From Camelus dromedarius (lineage: Eukaryota), in NCBI RefSeq assembly GCF_036321535.1, contig NC_087437.1, positions 79,672,001 to 79,736,000 on the forward strand: a DNA stretch of 64,000 nucleotides. The letters are read 5' to 3'. Positions 26,206 to 40,368 of the stretch are shown here, piece by piece. The notes under the pieces are model-generated. The model was not told the DNA's origin, made no database searches, and saw nothing but the letters and a program-made list of their open reading frames with translations. A program made the translations under genes and the position numbers. Positions within the stretch are counted from its first letter, which is position 1; every line of letters begins with the position of its first letter.

Positions 26206-29200
26206 ATATACCAACTCTCAATATGCTGACCCACTCTACTTTCAAAATTAAGCCACTGCTTTTAAGAGCCTGTGTGGGGATGAACACTGAGTACTTGATT
26301 CAGCTGGAGAATATGAGAGTTCATAATTCATTCTGCACATATTAAGAGTGAAGTCTAAGCAGTTTCTACTGTTGCAACACTGAGTCAATTTTCTGAACTC
26401 AGGATGCAAGTTCCATGGGGACAAATACCTCAGTCTTTTTTATTTATGAAATTCTTGCCAGAGCAGAGAACTCTGCTCTACAGTCACTAAACACTCAAGT
26501 ATTTGTTGAATAATTAGCTGTTGTAGGGGAATCTAGGAGTGATGATTTGAAGCAGGTCAAATAAACTGACTACAATAAAATGCTGTGACCCCCAACTCTT
26601 CCAAGGCGAACAACATCAGCACCAGGACAAACACTAATGCTAAAAGACTGTGGAAATTTTTTCTTGGTATCTCAAGGGAGACTGAACCATGATACTGCTG
26701 AGGCACACATCCTCTTGATGTTTAGAGTCATTAGAAAATAACAGGACATACGTATATGAAAAACTGCAGAACAGTTAACCATAGCCTAAACCAAGATCCA
26801 GACAAAGTGAAAAAAATAAATGGACGTTTTCAGAGAAGGGAGAAAACACTAAGGTGAAATAGTAAAGAAAGCCTTCAGGGAATTTGGAACAAAAAGGTGG
26901 CCCTGAAAATAGAATCGGAAACATTTAAGTACAATGAAAAGAGGGAAAATGGGAGGGAGAACTAAGGAGGGAGCAGGTACAAATTCCAAACAGAAGAAGC
27001 AAGATGAACCCAAACACAGAGGCAGGGTGGTTCACAGAATCATAGGGAAGCAATTTGTTGGGCACAGAAGATTTAGAGTGACCCACGGTATTAAATCAGG
27101 TTAGGAAGATGAGTAAGGACAAGTGGTAATTTATACCTTGGTCATAAAACTGAACAGTAGAATTGAAATGCACCTTTTGTAGAAATTCTACACCTCTTTA
27201 GTAGCACTTTTTCCCAAGTGACAGTAAATCACAGGGGCACTAGATCTTTTGGCATGAAAGTGATCCACTAAGTTACAGACACGATCCAATTAACTTGCAA
27301 TCAATACCATGGGATTTCACAACATTTGCCATAAATTTTTATATGAAACTGTATCATCAAATTTGGGTATGGCTGCAGTGAAAACCCAGGTTCCCATCAC
27401 TATTGAGAAGTTCTCTGACCTCAAACACATCAATCTAAAATATAAAGGAAGCACTGTGGCAACTGTTCTGAGACACGGAATTTTTAAAGATCATGAGAAG
27501 GAACAAGAGAATAAGAAATATACTCAAATATTTGGAGATCCACCAAGATTATGTTTTATCTAGTCTTTAAATTCTAATAAAACCAAACGTTCTCTATATG
27601 CATTATTAAAGAGGTGTTAACATTGTAGCGAATCAAACCCACAAGATTCATGATCTATATACACTTATCTAATCAAAAAGATATTTAGCATATCAGGTTA
27701 CCATTATCCCCTAAGAAAATTCACTGCAGCAGCCAGCTTGATTCACTAGCAGGTATGCTTACCTAAGTTCTAGACCATAGCTTGGCCAAAATCTCAGGAA
27801 CTATAAAACCATACAAGACCTAACAGTAAGTAAACAAAGTCATCCTTTCTTCTAAATAAAGCTGGCCTATTATATGACCAACTATGCATTTTAGAAATAG
27901 CATTTCTCCATTTCTCTTCTCCACAGGTTCTGTTTTCTAGGTTGATTTTTGCCTATTTGCTATTAACTTGTATCAATAGACAGGTTTCTATTGCTCAGAT
28001 GTGACTATGTTCATTTATATCTATTAAGCTATACTATTATGTTGCAAAGAATACTGACAGATCACTACTTTCCAGACAGTCTCAATCACTATAGCCTTTT
28101 TTTTTTTTTGACAATGTTGTATTATTTTCCCTTTGACTTCTAAAAACAATGCTACATTAATGACACATAATAAGATTTAAAAGCAAATAATGGACTATGT
28201 CTACATACATCAAATTCATAATAGGAGGACCACTTGTGCACTGCAGAAAATACTGAGATCTAAAAACAACTGATCCTTGAATGACACATTCCCAAAATGT
28301 TTGGGTAAGAAAGTATTGTCAAGAAAGAACTCAAACCTTCATCAGAATTTATTCCTTGATGACTTTTAGTCACATTATTAGTTTTATATTGAGGTAACTT
28401 TGTGTGTTTTACATTCCAAGAGTTTTATGCCTGTAAAAAATAGGTCACACATTAAAACCTTCAAACTTAAAGCTCAGCAGACCAGGAAATTCAAACTTCG
28501 GTTATCAGAGATTTTATTACTTCACCATAATTCACTTTTCTGTCATTCCATAAAATCTTGTTACAGATAAAGTCATAATGTCCATATGAGATCCAATATA
28601 ATATACCCACAAAAATGAGTCTTAAAAAGGAATTATTTACAAATTGTCTCATTACAAATCTTTTCCCATTAATTTACTAAGTACTGTCACCTTAACGTGC
28701 ATGGTATCTAGCCACAGTACAAAATTATTCCATATACTTGTGTCATGAAGTAACTATTTTTACTATAACTAAGTGTCCTTAATTGATCTTGGTAAAATTA
28801 AAATCACTCATCAAAATACTAGTTATATGACTTTGAAAAAATATCCTGACAAAAAAAATCAATATTAATTTTTCATCTTTTAAGGGGAAAAAAAGCTGCT
28901 AAATGTTCTTAATCAGAGATAAATTAGACATTTTCATATACTTTAAAGTGAAAATCTGGTTCATATTTTATCCTAACACTGATAATTATTTCCCTGTCAA
29001 GGATTTCCTATCATTTTCAGGATAATTAATCCTAATAAGTCCCTTGCTATTTTTATTTCCTAAGAAAACTTACTTCAGCTTTCCAATACATCTATAAATC
29101 ATCTATAATGCTTTATTCTTCTCAGAAGAGTCCATAATACTGTTTATATCACGTTTAATTATTGTATTTAAAAATCACATTAATCTTACTATTTTTGTAT

Positions 29201-29723
29201 CCTGAATATCTTTAATACGAGATAATCTGACTTTTTTTTTAATCTTATGCTGCCTTATATTACTATGTTCTTATTTTATCTATGTCCTAAATTCTTTTAT
29301 AGGATATGATGTATGGTGTCTGTCAAATTATTTTAGTATATTAGACAAATTACTCAATTTGTAATTATTAAATGGCCATTATTTTAAATCACTTCAAGGG
29401 ACACAGCCCCATGACCTAAAATCTAGACTTGTATTCTTAGAGTTCTTTGTGCAGCTCTGTCCAAAATTTAGCTTGTAACTATATTCATGCTTCTGCCAGG
29501 TTGCAGCTCCTTCTAATTAGTCCCTACTGCACTTCACTGTGTTACTGACCTAACTATGTGAATGGGGATCTTTCACGATCACCACACCATCAGAATGCTT
29601 AGCCCTCTAGTCTCTTTCTACTCCTGTTCCGTGCAGTTCCTTGGGTGTCAATGTGTTCTGTGTCAGCTCAGGCTCCAATTTTAGTAACAAAATTAAGGAA
29701 ACTGCCCTTGATGTTTTGTCAAA

Positions 29724-29830
29724 TCAGTGATTCCCAACTCTTGCTGCATGTTAGAATCTCCTGGTAACTTAGAAGTAACTTGGATGTCCCGACACCACCT
29801 CACAGACCGGTGGTGTAGGTCTGGGCATCA
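29724..29830. mobile_element. MER5A-like hAT remnant
   Basis: cagtgattcccaactcttgctgcatgttagaatctcctgg. Confidence 0.65.
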
Positions 29831-30609
29831 CATTGAAACCCACTTGTCTAAATGTACGGATCATATTTTTCTTTTAGATTACTGATAAAATGTTAAACCC
29901 TGAATTTTCAGAGAATGATCACAAACAGGTCTTCTGCTCTCTAAGACGTAGAAGCAAAGTTACAGCGGTGCACTACACCTGGTAAATACGAGACTTGTTA
30001 AATGGCTTGAAAAATACTTCTATGTAAATAAAAATGGCAGGCCATTCTTCAGTTTATTCTTAGAAAGGACAAATTGGAAAACCTTACATATTTCAATAAT
30101 ACTATCAGCCGATATAACCCCAAAGACGATCTTAACCCTATTTTCTTTTTCACATTTCACTGTATCATTTTGTAGAAGTGTTTATAATGATAATGCTTTA
30201 TATTGTACAACCCTTGTGTAAGTATCATAGTGTGTGAAATATTATCGGTACAATAAGCAACAACTTGTGAAAATATTTTCAATTTTTTAATCTCATTTAC
30301 TCATTAATTCAAGAACTAGGAGCCAGGTTTCCACTAACAGCCAGCAAATTTGTCTAGTTCTGAGAATACAACAAACATCATAAATGGATTTTAGCCTTAA
30401 GGAATACTAGTTTGAGAGGTAAATCTTTAGAAAATTAGCTATACTTCCCTTTAATACTGAAATACTCAAATTATGTTAAAAACATGAGAGAGTAAGTCTT
30501 AAAAGTAGTCTTTATTAACATACCATAAAAAATAGAAAATAATTTTGTTGAAATTTGTTACCATAAAAATCACAGCATTTTAGAATTAAAATACTAGTGA
30601 AATTCTGAA

Positions 30610-30896
30610 ACAGGAATCAGTAAGCTGTAGCCCACTGCCTGTTATCATCTGACCTAAGAATAGTTTTTATACTTTTAATGGTTGAAGAACAGTATTTCAT
30701 AAAATGTGTAATTATCTAAAACTCAAATTCCATTGTCTATAAATAAAATGTCATCAGAACAGAGTCAGACTCATACTTTAAGTATTATCGATGGGTGTGC
30801 TACGTTGTAACGGCAGTGTTAAGTAGTTGCAAGAGACAAGTTTGGCCTGAAAGAACGGCTATGTGGCTTTTTACAGAAAAAGGTTTCCAATACCTG
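30610..30896. mobile_element. MER58-like hAT-Charlie element
   Basis: gcccactgcctgtt...ctaagaatagtttttatac...tttacagaaaaaggtttccaatacctg. Confidence 0.75.
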
Positions 30897-30902
30897 CTAT
30901 AG

Positions 30903-31070
30903 TCAACACTGCTGAATAGAACTTTGACGATGGAAATGTACTATATCTGCATTGTCAAATGCAGTGTCCACTAGTTATGTGTAACTATTGAGATCTCAAA
31001 ATGTGACTAGTGTGGTGAAGAAACTGTCTAATTTTAATTAAAATACAGCTCACTTTAATTCTAATTATTT
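30903..31070. mobile_element. MER3-like hAT-Charlie element
   Basis: aatagaactttgacgatggaaatgtactatatctgc...ccactagttatgtg...aatgtgactagtgtg. Confidence 0.75.
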
Positions 31071-33657
31071 TAAATTTACTTCATTTTGAGTGATTTAATG
31101 CAGTATTAATAGTTAAGAGTATTTTCTATGGAGTCACAGTGCACAGAGTTTAATTTCAGTTCTGATCCACATTGGTTCTGAACTTTGGGAAACCTAACTC
31201 ATCTTTTGGATGTACTACTGTACCTATCTTTGTTTTTATGAGTATTGAATGAGTTAACAACTGTAATTCACCTGTAGTTCATTCTGAAAAACAGATGCTC
31301 AAAAAATAGTAATTGTTATGACCATTATAATTATTGTTGTTGTTATTATTATTATTATTGTTTTGACATTAATATATTCAACAAATTAACACACCAAGTA
31401 TCTGTATTCCCAGCACCTATTGTAGGTGTCAAGAATACAAATTAAGCAACAGAGGAGGTATCTGTTTTGGTAGAGCTTACATATAGTGAGCCATGATGCA
31501 AAGTAAGAAACAAAAATATTTGGTGTAAGTTACAAATTACTGCTTATATAAACCAGGATAATACTGATATCACGAAAGAGAATAAACCAGAAATCTTCTA
31601 ATCTGCTATGAGCCTTTGTCATCTGTAGCCTCCAATTTTAAGTTTTTGTTTACTTTGGATCTTCTCCAGTATTCTTATAATATTGAAGAATTTAAATCAA
31701 AGTTTCAAAATTTTCTATTAAACAGATACCTGTGGCTTTCTGTTAATATATTGAGGCTCCCAGAGAGATTCTTAAAAAGTCTTCTACTGCTAACATGTGT
31801 TCGTATGTATGTCTGTCTTTGTAAAATGTCACTGCTGAGTCTAGATAAAAACCAGAACTGAATAACCAACAGAGAGGCGACATAATTTGTCCAAAGCAGT
31901 TCATACTGCCAGAGCTTTTGAGAGCCCAGATCAACACCAATGGGTCTTTTCCAGACAAGTGGCATATTTAGGAGTTCTTGCAACAAGTAACTAAAATTTT
32001 ACTACATGTAGTTGGAGCTGAAACTTGAAAATTTTATTCTACCTGCCTAGAAGGACTAGTGAAATATTTCTGGAGGTAGGCCTTATTATTGTCTATAACT
32101 TCTTTTTCAAAGGATCCCTTATTCATAGAATAAATATCCAATCAATTTATTGAATTACTACCATGGACAGGATTTTCTTTTAGGACATTTTGTTGTAATG
32201 AAATAAAAGCATCTCCATTGTAATGTGGGTCTTCTTGCTATTTAGTCTCATTAGCAAATCAGCATTATTCTTCTGTGGTTATCAAAGCAGATCCACCATG
32301 TCAGACACCTGGCCCCTATATTAATTGACAGGAAAGGGTATCAACTGTCACTTCTGGCAAAAGCCAAAGTACTTTTCACAATCCAACACTGAAGCAAAAT
32401 AAAGGAGGAATATTCCTTCCAAATGGTGTGGTCTAGTTAATGAATTTCAATGCCTCCTAAAGCATCCTGGGCTAGCAAATTGTGCCTCCACAAACTTCAT
32501 CAAACACTAAATGCCAAATGCTTTCTTCAGGCTATAGCCCTGAACCATCCTGAGACTTACTTCACAGAGGCTGAGTTCCACTGGAAATCATGATTAAGTT
32601 GACTCATACTTGGTCATTTCTCAAGGAAAACAGTAAACTAGGAGTTTGGGGTTCAAAATTAATCAAGAGTGTACATGTTCAGGAGACAAATATACATTTA
32701 AAATGTTAATGAGAAATGGGAATAAAGTAGATGATAGCAACATTCCACAATGTTTAAGAAAATATACAACCTAAAATCTCAAACCAGCATTGTTGATAAA
32801 ACAAGGGAATATTTTATGATAGAGAATTTGACATTTAAAAATAAAAGTATGTCTTTATTCCTTTGCTAACTATTTAATTTTAAAAAGCTAAAGCTCTAAC
32901 CTTGTTCTTAGGAACAATGAAAAGGACATATATGTATATTTGAAAATGATTTTCTCTCTCAATGAGTTGCTTTTCCTAGAATAAACTTTGTTTATCCCCC
33001 CCCCCCAAAAAAAATACGAGTAACTCTGATCAGAAAAAAATTTAAACCTTGGGCCAAGCTAGTGGACAAGCTGACTTTTCAGGTCCCTTCATCAGACCAT
33101 TTGTGTTGTTGCTACCTGGGGAAACGTGTCACATCTGCGAGCTGCCCTCCAATCAAAACGTGTAATAGCAATTTTAGAGGTAATTATTGGTTGTCTTTGC
33201 TGTATATTATATATCCTGGGGTGAACAGAAGATGACCCAAATTCAGTCAATTAATCTATTATCCTTCTGATGTGGAAAGAAAAAAAAGTGTGTTTACAAA
33301 GTAAAGCCTAACTTTTTTTTTTTTTTTTTTTTTTGATAGTACTAACCAGTCGTTTTAGTCAATGTCAATTTTGGGGGAAAAAAGAGAAAAACTCAGTAAT
33401 TGAGGTAGGGAGATAACTGTATGCATAATAATAAAATGCTCCAATTCTGTTTTCTAAGAGGAACCTTATAAGAAAAATTAACAAGAGTTATTCTGTAGGA
33501 AATGAGATTCTAGCTGGATGGAGTTTACTATGAACCAACTGTATATCCCACAATGCCATCAACTGTGAACACACTATGACTAGAATCCCTTCCTCACTCA
33601 AATTTTTAAATTCGTATATTATGATGTTGCTTATTTGTGTATTTTGAGAGTGGGTAA

Positions 33658-34778
33658 CAGGGACAGATATTACAGAAAGCTAATGAAGCGTAAGCTTCAG
33701 AGCCGCCTCACTTTCAAAGCTCTAAGCTGGGCACAAGCATTCTATTTCTGGGGTCATGTTTTTGTAACATGTGCAAAAGTAAGACATTTAACTATAATCA
33801 GTTGAAATCACTGTCTTTTCCACTTTGACTTCTCCATCATGCTCTCCTTCCTGTTGGTGGCTTTGAGGTGATATGATCCAATGAAGGGAAAGCCAATTTG
33901 AAAAAAATGCAAGGACTTCGGGCACAATGAAATGCTTATACGTTGTTTGCAATCACTTCCACATATGGCTAACTTTTTGCCAGCTGTACTTATGTAATAA
34001 TATCAAGAATGCGCCTATAGTCCACCATACTGCTTCACCCAGCAACTAGACACTAAAGTCAAAGGTAAAAGGTAAGAATTTGTCCTATGGAAGCATGCTC
34101 AGAAGTACTGGAAAGTGAATGGAAGTTTTGCAATGCGCGGGAACAAACTAGATCCTAGGAAATTCGAGTTTTCAGCTGTGTATAACTTTTTCACTAGGAG
34201 ACTCAGTTTACACTGAGAAAAGAGAAATTCACTCCAATAAGAAATATACTCAATAACAGTGTGTGAATTATAAATGTGCCATGCTTCGTGTTAGATATAC
34301 GTAGTACAAATTTGAGTGAAAATCCCTGCATGTGGGGTCACAAACCTCTAGCAGTCCTACAAACATCAAGAACATCTGTGTAAAGCAGCATATTTTACAG
34401 AGTAACTATCATTAATGCTATAAAAGACAAACTTATATACTAGAGGAAAGGCCAAATTTCCTTACTCCTTTTTTCTATAGATTATATGATAAACTATTTG
34501 TTGGGAAAAAGAGGCAAATAGTATGAGGCAAAAAGTTAGATAAACTACCATACACATTACAGAACTAGAAAAAATAACCTGTTTTGTTTTTGGATTTTAT
34601 GATGATGTTATCAGCTTTTTCAAAATTGTAATTTCCTGTTAATCTGACTCTAAATAAATATCAATATCTCTATTTAATTTTATTCATAATTTTGTATCCC
34701 TCTCCTGAAGAGGACCCTCCCCGCAATTCCCCCCAACTGTATAAGCTTCAGGCACCACAAAACCTGGATATGCCTTTG
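33658..34778 (+). mobile_element. Zaphod/MER115-type hAT-Tip100 internally deleted transposon
   Basis: 5' end cagggacagat...gctaatgaagcgtaagcttcag; 3' end gtataagcttcaggcaccacaaaacctggatatgcctttg; TSD not recognisable. Confidence 0.8.
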
Positions 34779-37218
34779 ATTATTAATTTTAAAATAGATG
34801 CTGGTGAGAAAACATTGTGTTCGAGCAAACTTCTTAGGCTATTTAGGATTCAAAAAACAAAGAAGTTATGGGAAATATTAAAAATGTGTAACTGGAGATA
34901 CTGCACAGTAGGTATTATGCTTCCTTATAGAAGCACGTTCCTTTCTTTCTCAGAACAAATTCCTCTGAACTTAGGGAAAGTGCAACAGTTACGTCAGATC
35001 TAAGCAGCTGGAGAAACGGGGGAGAAACATAAGATTTTTAACGTGTTCCTTAGACTGAAGAATTCTTTTCCAATTACCTTTTCCCTAAGTATCATCTCTG
35101 AACTATTACAAGTGATGATTAAATTCCCTATGACACTGGATCACTGAGCTCCTAGCTCTGTATTAACTACATTTCCTCTGGAACTCAAGGAGTGGGGTGA
35201 ATATTAATGCACACTTCAATTGTTTCTTTACCCATTTTCCTTATCAAATTATAGTATTAAAATATTCTATACCAATTCCCCTCATTTGTAGAACTTTTTC
35301 CTCATTCAGTCCTCCTCCTCACAGTACTATTTACACCATGAAAATAAAGCAACTTGGCAAATTTTTACCAAAAAAATGTATTTATGGTATATATGCACCT
35401 CACTCATCCTCCCTATGTCTTCAGTATGTCTTTCCATAGCCTTCTATTTGCCTAGTTCCTATACAGTACGGCGTCTGTTACAGGGCACTCACACTGTATG
35501 GTGTCTTTCCAGCGGTCACGGAGTCTGTCTCTTCTGTCTTTTTTATTCTGTGCTTCAATTTGGATAGTCTCTATTGCTGTGTGCTCAGATTCACTGATCT
35601 TTCCTTCTGCAGATGTGTATCTGATGTCTATCTCATGTAGAAAAAAATTTTATTTCAGTTACAGTATTTCTCATGTGTAGAAATTTATTTTTATTTATCT
35701 TCCATAAGCAGAAAGCAGGAGCTGTTGTTGCACAAACTTCATTTGTTTATTCTTTTTTTATTGATCAGTCTGGCCCTGCTAGTTATCCAATATATGAAAA
35801 GAGTTGCTTTATATATTTTGTCCACTTCCCTGATTATTTACAGCACTAACAAAAGTCCAACACTCCAGACCTAGAGACAGTATTGAGACTTTTTTACTAG
35901 GGTATGTATGACCCAGGCAGACATCAGTACAAAACCGGAAGGCTCATTAACACCACACAAGTAAATCTGCCTCTAGTTTTCGCCATGTGTGATGAGGCTA
36001 ACCATCACGGCCTGCAATTGTGAGTATGTGATATACTTCAAGTTTCATTTTAGAATCAAAAGTATGTGTATATGTGTGTGCACACACGCACGAGTGCATC
36101 ACTTGAGGCCCTGAGGAAAAGACTATTTCACTTTAGATCCTTTAGGAAGCATAAAGTGTCATCTAAATCATAATGTGAGAAATTAATGTAGGTAGAAAAA
36201 TTGATAAAAATAGAAAAAATAGAAATTATAAATCTAAGATTGGAAAAAATGAATTTAAGCTAGTGAAATGCCTGAACTGCAATGTGACAGAAAAGGAATA
36301 AATATAGAGATTTTTGGAATACCACTGTACAATTTCTAAGTGAAATGAGATAAAACTGGTAGTGTAAGAGTAATACACCATGTCCAAGTAGGTCTATTCT
36401 AGGACATGAAGATGTTTCTGTTAGTTCACTCTGTTCTATCAACAGTGGTAACCTTGGATTCAAATTGACAGTACAACTCATAACACATAGGAAACTTCAT
36501 GTAACAACAAATTTACCTAGCTTGAATTAAGACTGAGACAGGTAACAACGTAGCATGTACAGCAAAAGCAAAGTACAGGTCCTGTGATTCTCAGGCACAA
36601 CTATAGCCCAGAATTATTTCATAGGGGATCACATGCTCATCCAAGTGCAGGAAAGCCATAAGTTCCACAGTCCCTTTAGACATTACTAGTCACGGAGTCC
36701 CTCAAAAGAAATGACTAACTCGTATTATATCTCATCAATACTGGTTACTAGTTATTCAGTAAACAGGATGAGCGATGAGGTATAGGCTGTTGGTCTGGCA
36801 CATAGTTCTTGATTGATTTTGATTTATATTGGAGCCATGGTTTGTTATAGATTCCTTGAGTCAATGATACAAAAATAATCTGACCAGGAGCTAAAGCATC
36901 AGGTATTCATGAACCTACAGAAGAGCCACAGAACCAGATACTAGCCCTTTCCTTCCAGGCAGTGTGGGGATTTTTTCGATACACATTACCATAATACATG
37001 AAAATGAGAAAGGATTTACCTATGTACATAGATGTACAGAGTGTACAGAACTTACCTGGTGAAACACAACATCCAATCTTGATTTTTAAAAACATTCTTA
37101 GTAAATGACTAGAAATACAATTAAAATAATTAAGAATATAAATCTCCAAATAATAGTCAATGTCATGTGACACTTAGTGATCAAACACTGCACTGCAATC
37201 AAGTAAGAAACAAGAGAA

Positions 37219-40200
37219 GGAGGCGTTCATCACAATGACGGCTTAGATGTTATCCCCCACTTTGGTCTTCCTCATCAACAGACCAACTAGCAACTATCCA
37301 TAGACACGACCGTTGTGACAATCCCAGAAACAGAGTCAGGCCGAAGCGCCCCCTGGATAGAGAAGGTCAGCATTAAATGGGAAAGGGGAGCAATTTCATT
37401 TTGACCACATCACCCATCTCCCAGGCCAGCACAGCACTGGAACAAGAGGGTTTTCTCTAGGTGAAAAAGAGCTCAAGATGGACATCCGGCTCCCTCAGTG
37501 TTGTGGGACGCTTTCTAGGATGCCCACTGGGGTCTTATCTCACGGGGTCTCTCTGGGGCAATCTGCAGGGCTCAACCGCTGGGAATCAGACACCGAGAAG
37601 AAGGGAGGGCCTTATATCAACTAGTGCTCAGATCTTGGTGGACTGCATTCTTGCTTACAGCGCCCAATTAGGATTCCAACCAGCAGCTCTGGGTATCTGC
37701 AGAACTGATCCAGTTGCCCCATCTGGCCAGAGAGACTAGCTGACAGTCAGGCAGTGAGTCAACCCAACCACTGAGCATAGCCTCCAACCTCAAAGAACCA
37801 GGAAGTCTGAACAGTGAGCCTAGGCAGCCTCTGAGCCCAGCCTAAGGCCCTGCTTGATTACTGAACACAGCGAGGCCTGCCCAGACAGCAGCCCAGCCAG
37901 TGACCCTGCCCACCACTGGGCACAGTCTTTAGCCCCATCCAAGCAGGATGAAGTTGGAGACCCCACCCAAAAGAGAGTCAGGCCAGTGACCTCACCCAAA
38001 CATAGGGATTGGGAAACCCAGCTTCCATCCCTGCCCAACTTAGGGCACAGCTTGTGGCTCCACCAGATTGCAGGGCACAACCTGAGGCTCTGACCAAGGA
38101 CAAAGCCCTGCTTGAACAAGGAGTCCAGTCAGTAGCACAGCCAGTTGGAGAGCACAGCTGGAGGCTCCGCCCATCCAGGAGTGATCACAGAGCCCAGCCT
38201 GTAGCCCTGTCCAGTCACAGAGTCCAGCCAGTAGCACCATTTTACTAGGAAACACAGTCTGGAACTCTGCCCCATCAGGGGTGAGAGCAGAGCCCAGCTA
38301 GTCACCCCACCGATCACAGAGGACAGCTAGCAGCCCCACCCAACTGGGAGCCCATCCTGTGGCCTCACTTGAACTCAAACTCAGAGCTCTGCTAGTAAGC
38401 TCATCCAGCTGTAGAACCCAATCAGCAGTACCCTCTCCCAGTTCAAACACAGGTAGTGGTGTTGCCCACCCAGAAACCCCAGCCACACGCCTTGCCTGCC
38501 TGTAGGTGCTACCAGCCGAGCCATCCAGCACCCTAAGCTGGTCTGACTGGTGATGGTCTCTTCCTGCAGAAACAAACCTGTCAAGTCTGGAAGAGAAGAC
38601 TGCTTACTTAAATGCACAGATGCCAGTGCAAGCCTACAAGGATCACGCAGAATCAGGTAAACACGACACCAAAGGAAACTAATAAATATACTCATTAGTA
38701 AAGATAAATACTCTAAATCAGATTCTCTAATATTGTAATGGTGGTATGTAAATCACAACTATGGTTTAAAAAATAAGAGTGTATTAAAAACAAGTCTAAT
38801 AACTTGGTTTGGGATGCACAATACAAAAGGTGTAGCTTGTAACATCAATAACCTAAAATCTGAGGAGAGGGAAAAGTATAAATTCCTATATGCTATCAAT
38901 GTCAGGTTTTTATCAACTTAAAAAAGGATATTTTAACTCTAAGACATTTTATGCAATGCTCATGGTAACCCCAAAGAAAAAACCTATAGTAGATAAAATA
39001 TTATGGTAAAGGAGTCAAACTGTACGTCAAAAAGTTATCACAAAAAAGACAAAGTAGGAAAAGAAGCAAGAAACAATCTACAGAACAGTCAGGAAAATAA
39101 AATTTCAATAGTAAATCCTTATCTATAAATACTTTAAAGTGGACTAAATTGTCCAGTAAAAAGACACAGAATAGATGAATGGATAAAAAACAAGATCCAA
39201 TATACTGCCTACAAAAAACTCACTTTACCTTTAAGTACACACATAGGTTGCACATGAAGGGGTAGAAACAATTATTTCTAGTAAATAATAACCAGAAAAA
39301 GGGGGGGGAGGGGCAGGGGAAGCTAAACTTACACATAGGGAAAAACTCTGACATTTGCCTTAGCAATGATTTTTCATGCATGACACCAAAAGCACAAGCA
39401 ACAAGAGCAAGTGTGACTACATCGAACTAAGAAGTTTCGGTAAAAAAAAAAGATGAACAAAATGAGAAGGCAATGTATGGAATCAGAGAAAATATTTGCA
39501 ATCTCTTTGTCTGTTAATGGGTCAACACTCAAAGTACTCAAACTTACATAACTTGAGTGTAAAACACCTAAATAATTCAATTTAAAAATGGACAAAGGAC
39601 CTGAATAGTCATTTTCAAAGATATTCAACTTTTCAACATGCAAATGAAAAGGTGCTCAACCTGACTAATTATCAGGGAAATGGTAATACGAACCATAATG
39701 AGCTATAACCTTACACCTGTTAGAGTGGCTACTGTCAAAAAGCACAGTCTCAAAGAGATACCTTCCCACCCCCCATGTTCACTAATTGTTTACAACAGCC
39801 AAGACATGAAAACAACTTGTGTCCATCAATGAATGGATAAAGAAAATTAGATTATATAATGAAATGTTATTCAGCCATGAGAAAGAAAAACCCTGTCATT
39901 TGTGCCAATATGTATGAACCTTGAGTACATTATGCTATGTGAAACTAGTCAACAGAGAAAGACAAATACAATATAGTATCACTTATATGTGGAATCTGAA
40001 AAAAAACAAAAACAAAAAAGGAACTGAACTCACAGAAAGAGAGTAGATTGGTGGTTACAAGGGGCTGGGAGGTGGGGGAAATACATGAAGGTGGCTGGTC
40101 AAAGGGTACAAATTTCCCGTTATAAGGTATGTAAGTTCTGGGAAATGTAATGCACAGCATGGTGGCCATAGTTAACAATACTGTGTCATACTTCAAAGAT

Positions 40201-40368
40201 GCTAAGAGTAGCAAATCTTAAAAGTTCTCACACACATAAAAATGGTAACTGTATAAGGTGATGGATATGTTAACTCTTCTTACTGTGACAGCCATTTTGC
40301 AATATGTACATATATCAGATCATCACGTTGTATACTAACAATGTTACATCTCAATAAAACTAGAAAAA
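37219..40368 (+). mobile_element. L1 (L1MA/L1M2-3-like) retaining 5'UTR and 3' end, with large internal deletions
   Basis: GC-rich 5'UTR with cagagcccagcc-type repeats (37219-38610), ORF1 start (~38612-38687), inter-ORF/ORF2 start, ORF2 end, 3'UTR ending ctcaataaaactagaaaaaa. Confidence 0.8.

Noticed and set aside
37461..38695. Cluster of overlapping ORFs in GC-rich sequence
   Set aside because: L1 5'UTR; higher GC lowers stop frequency
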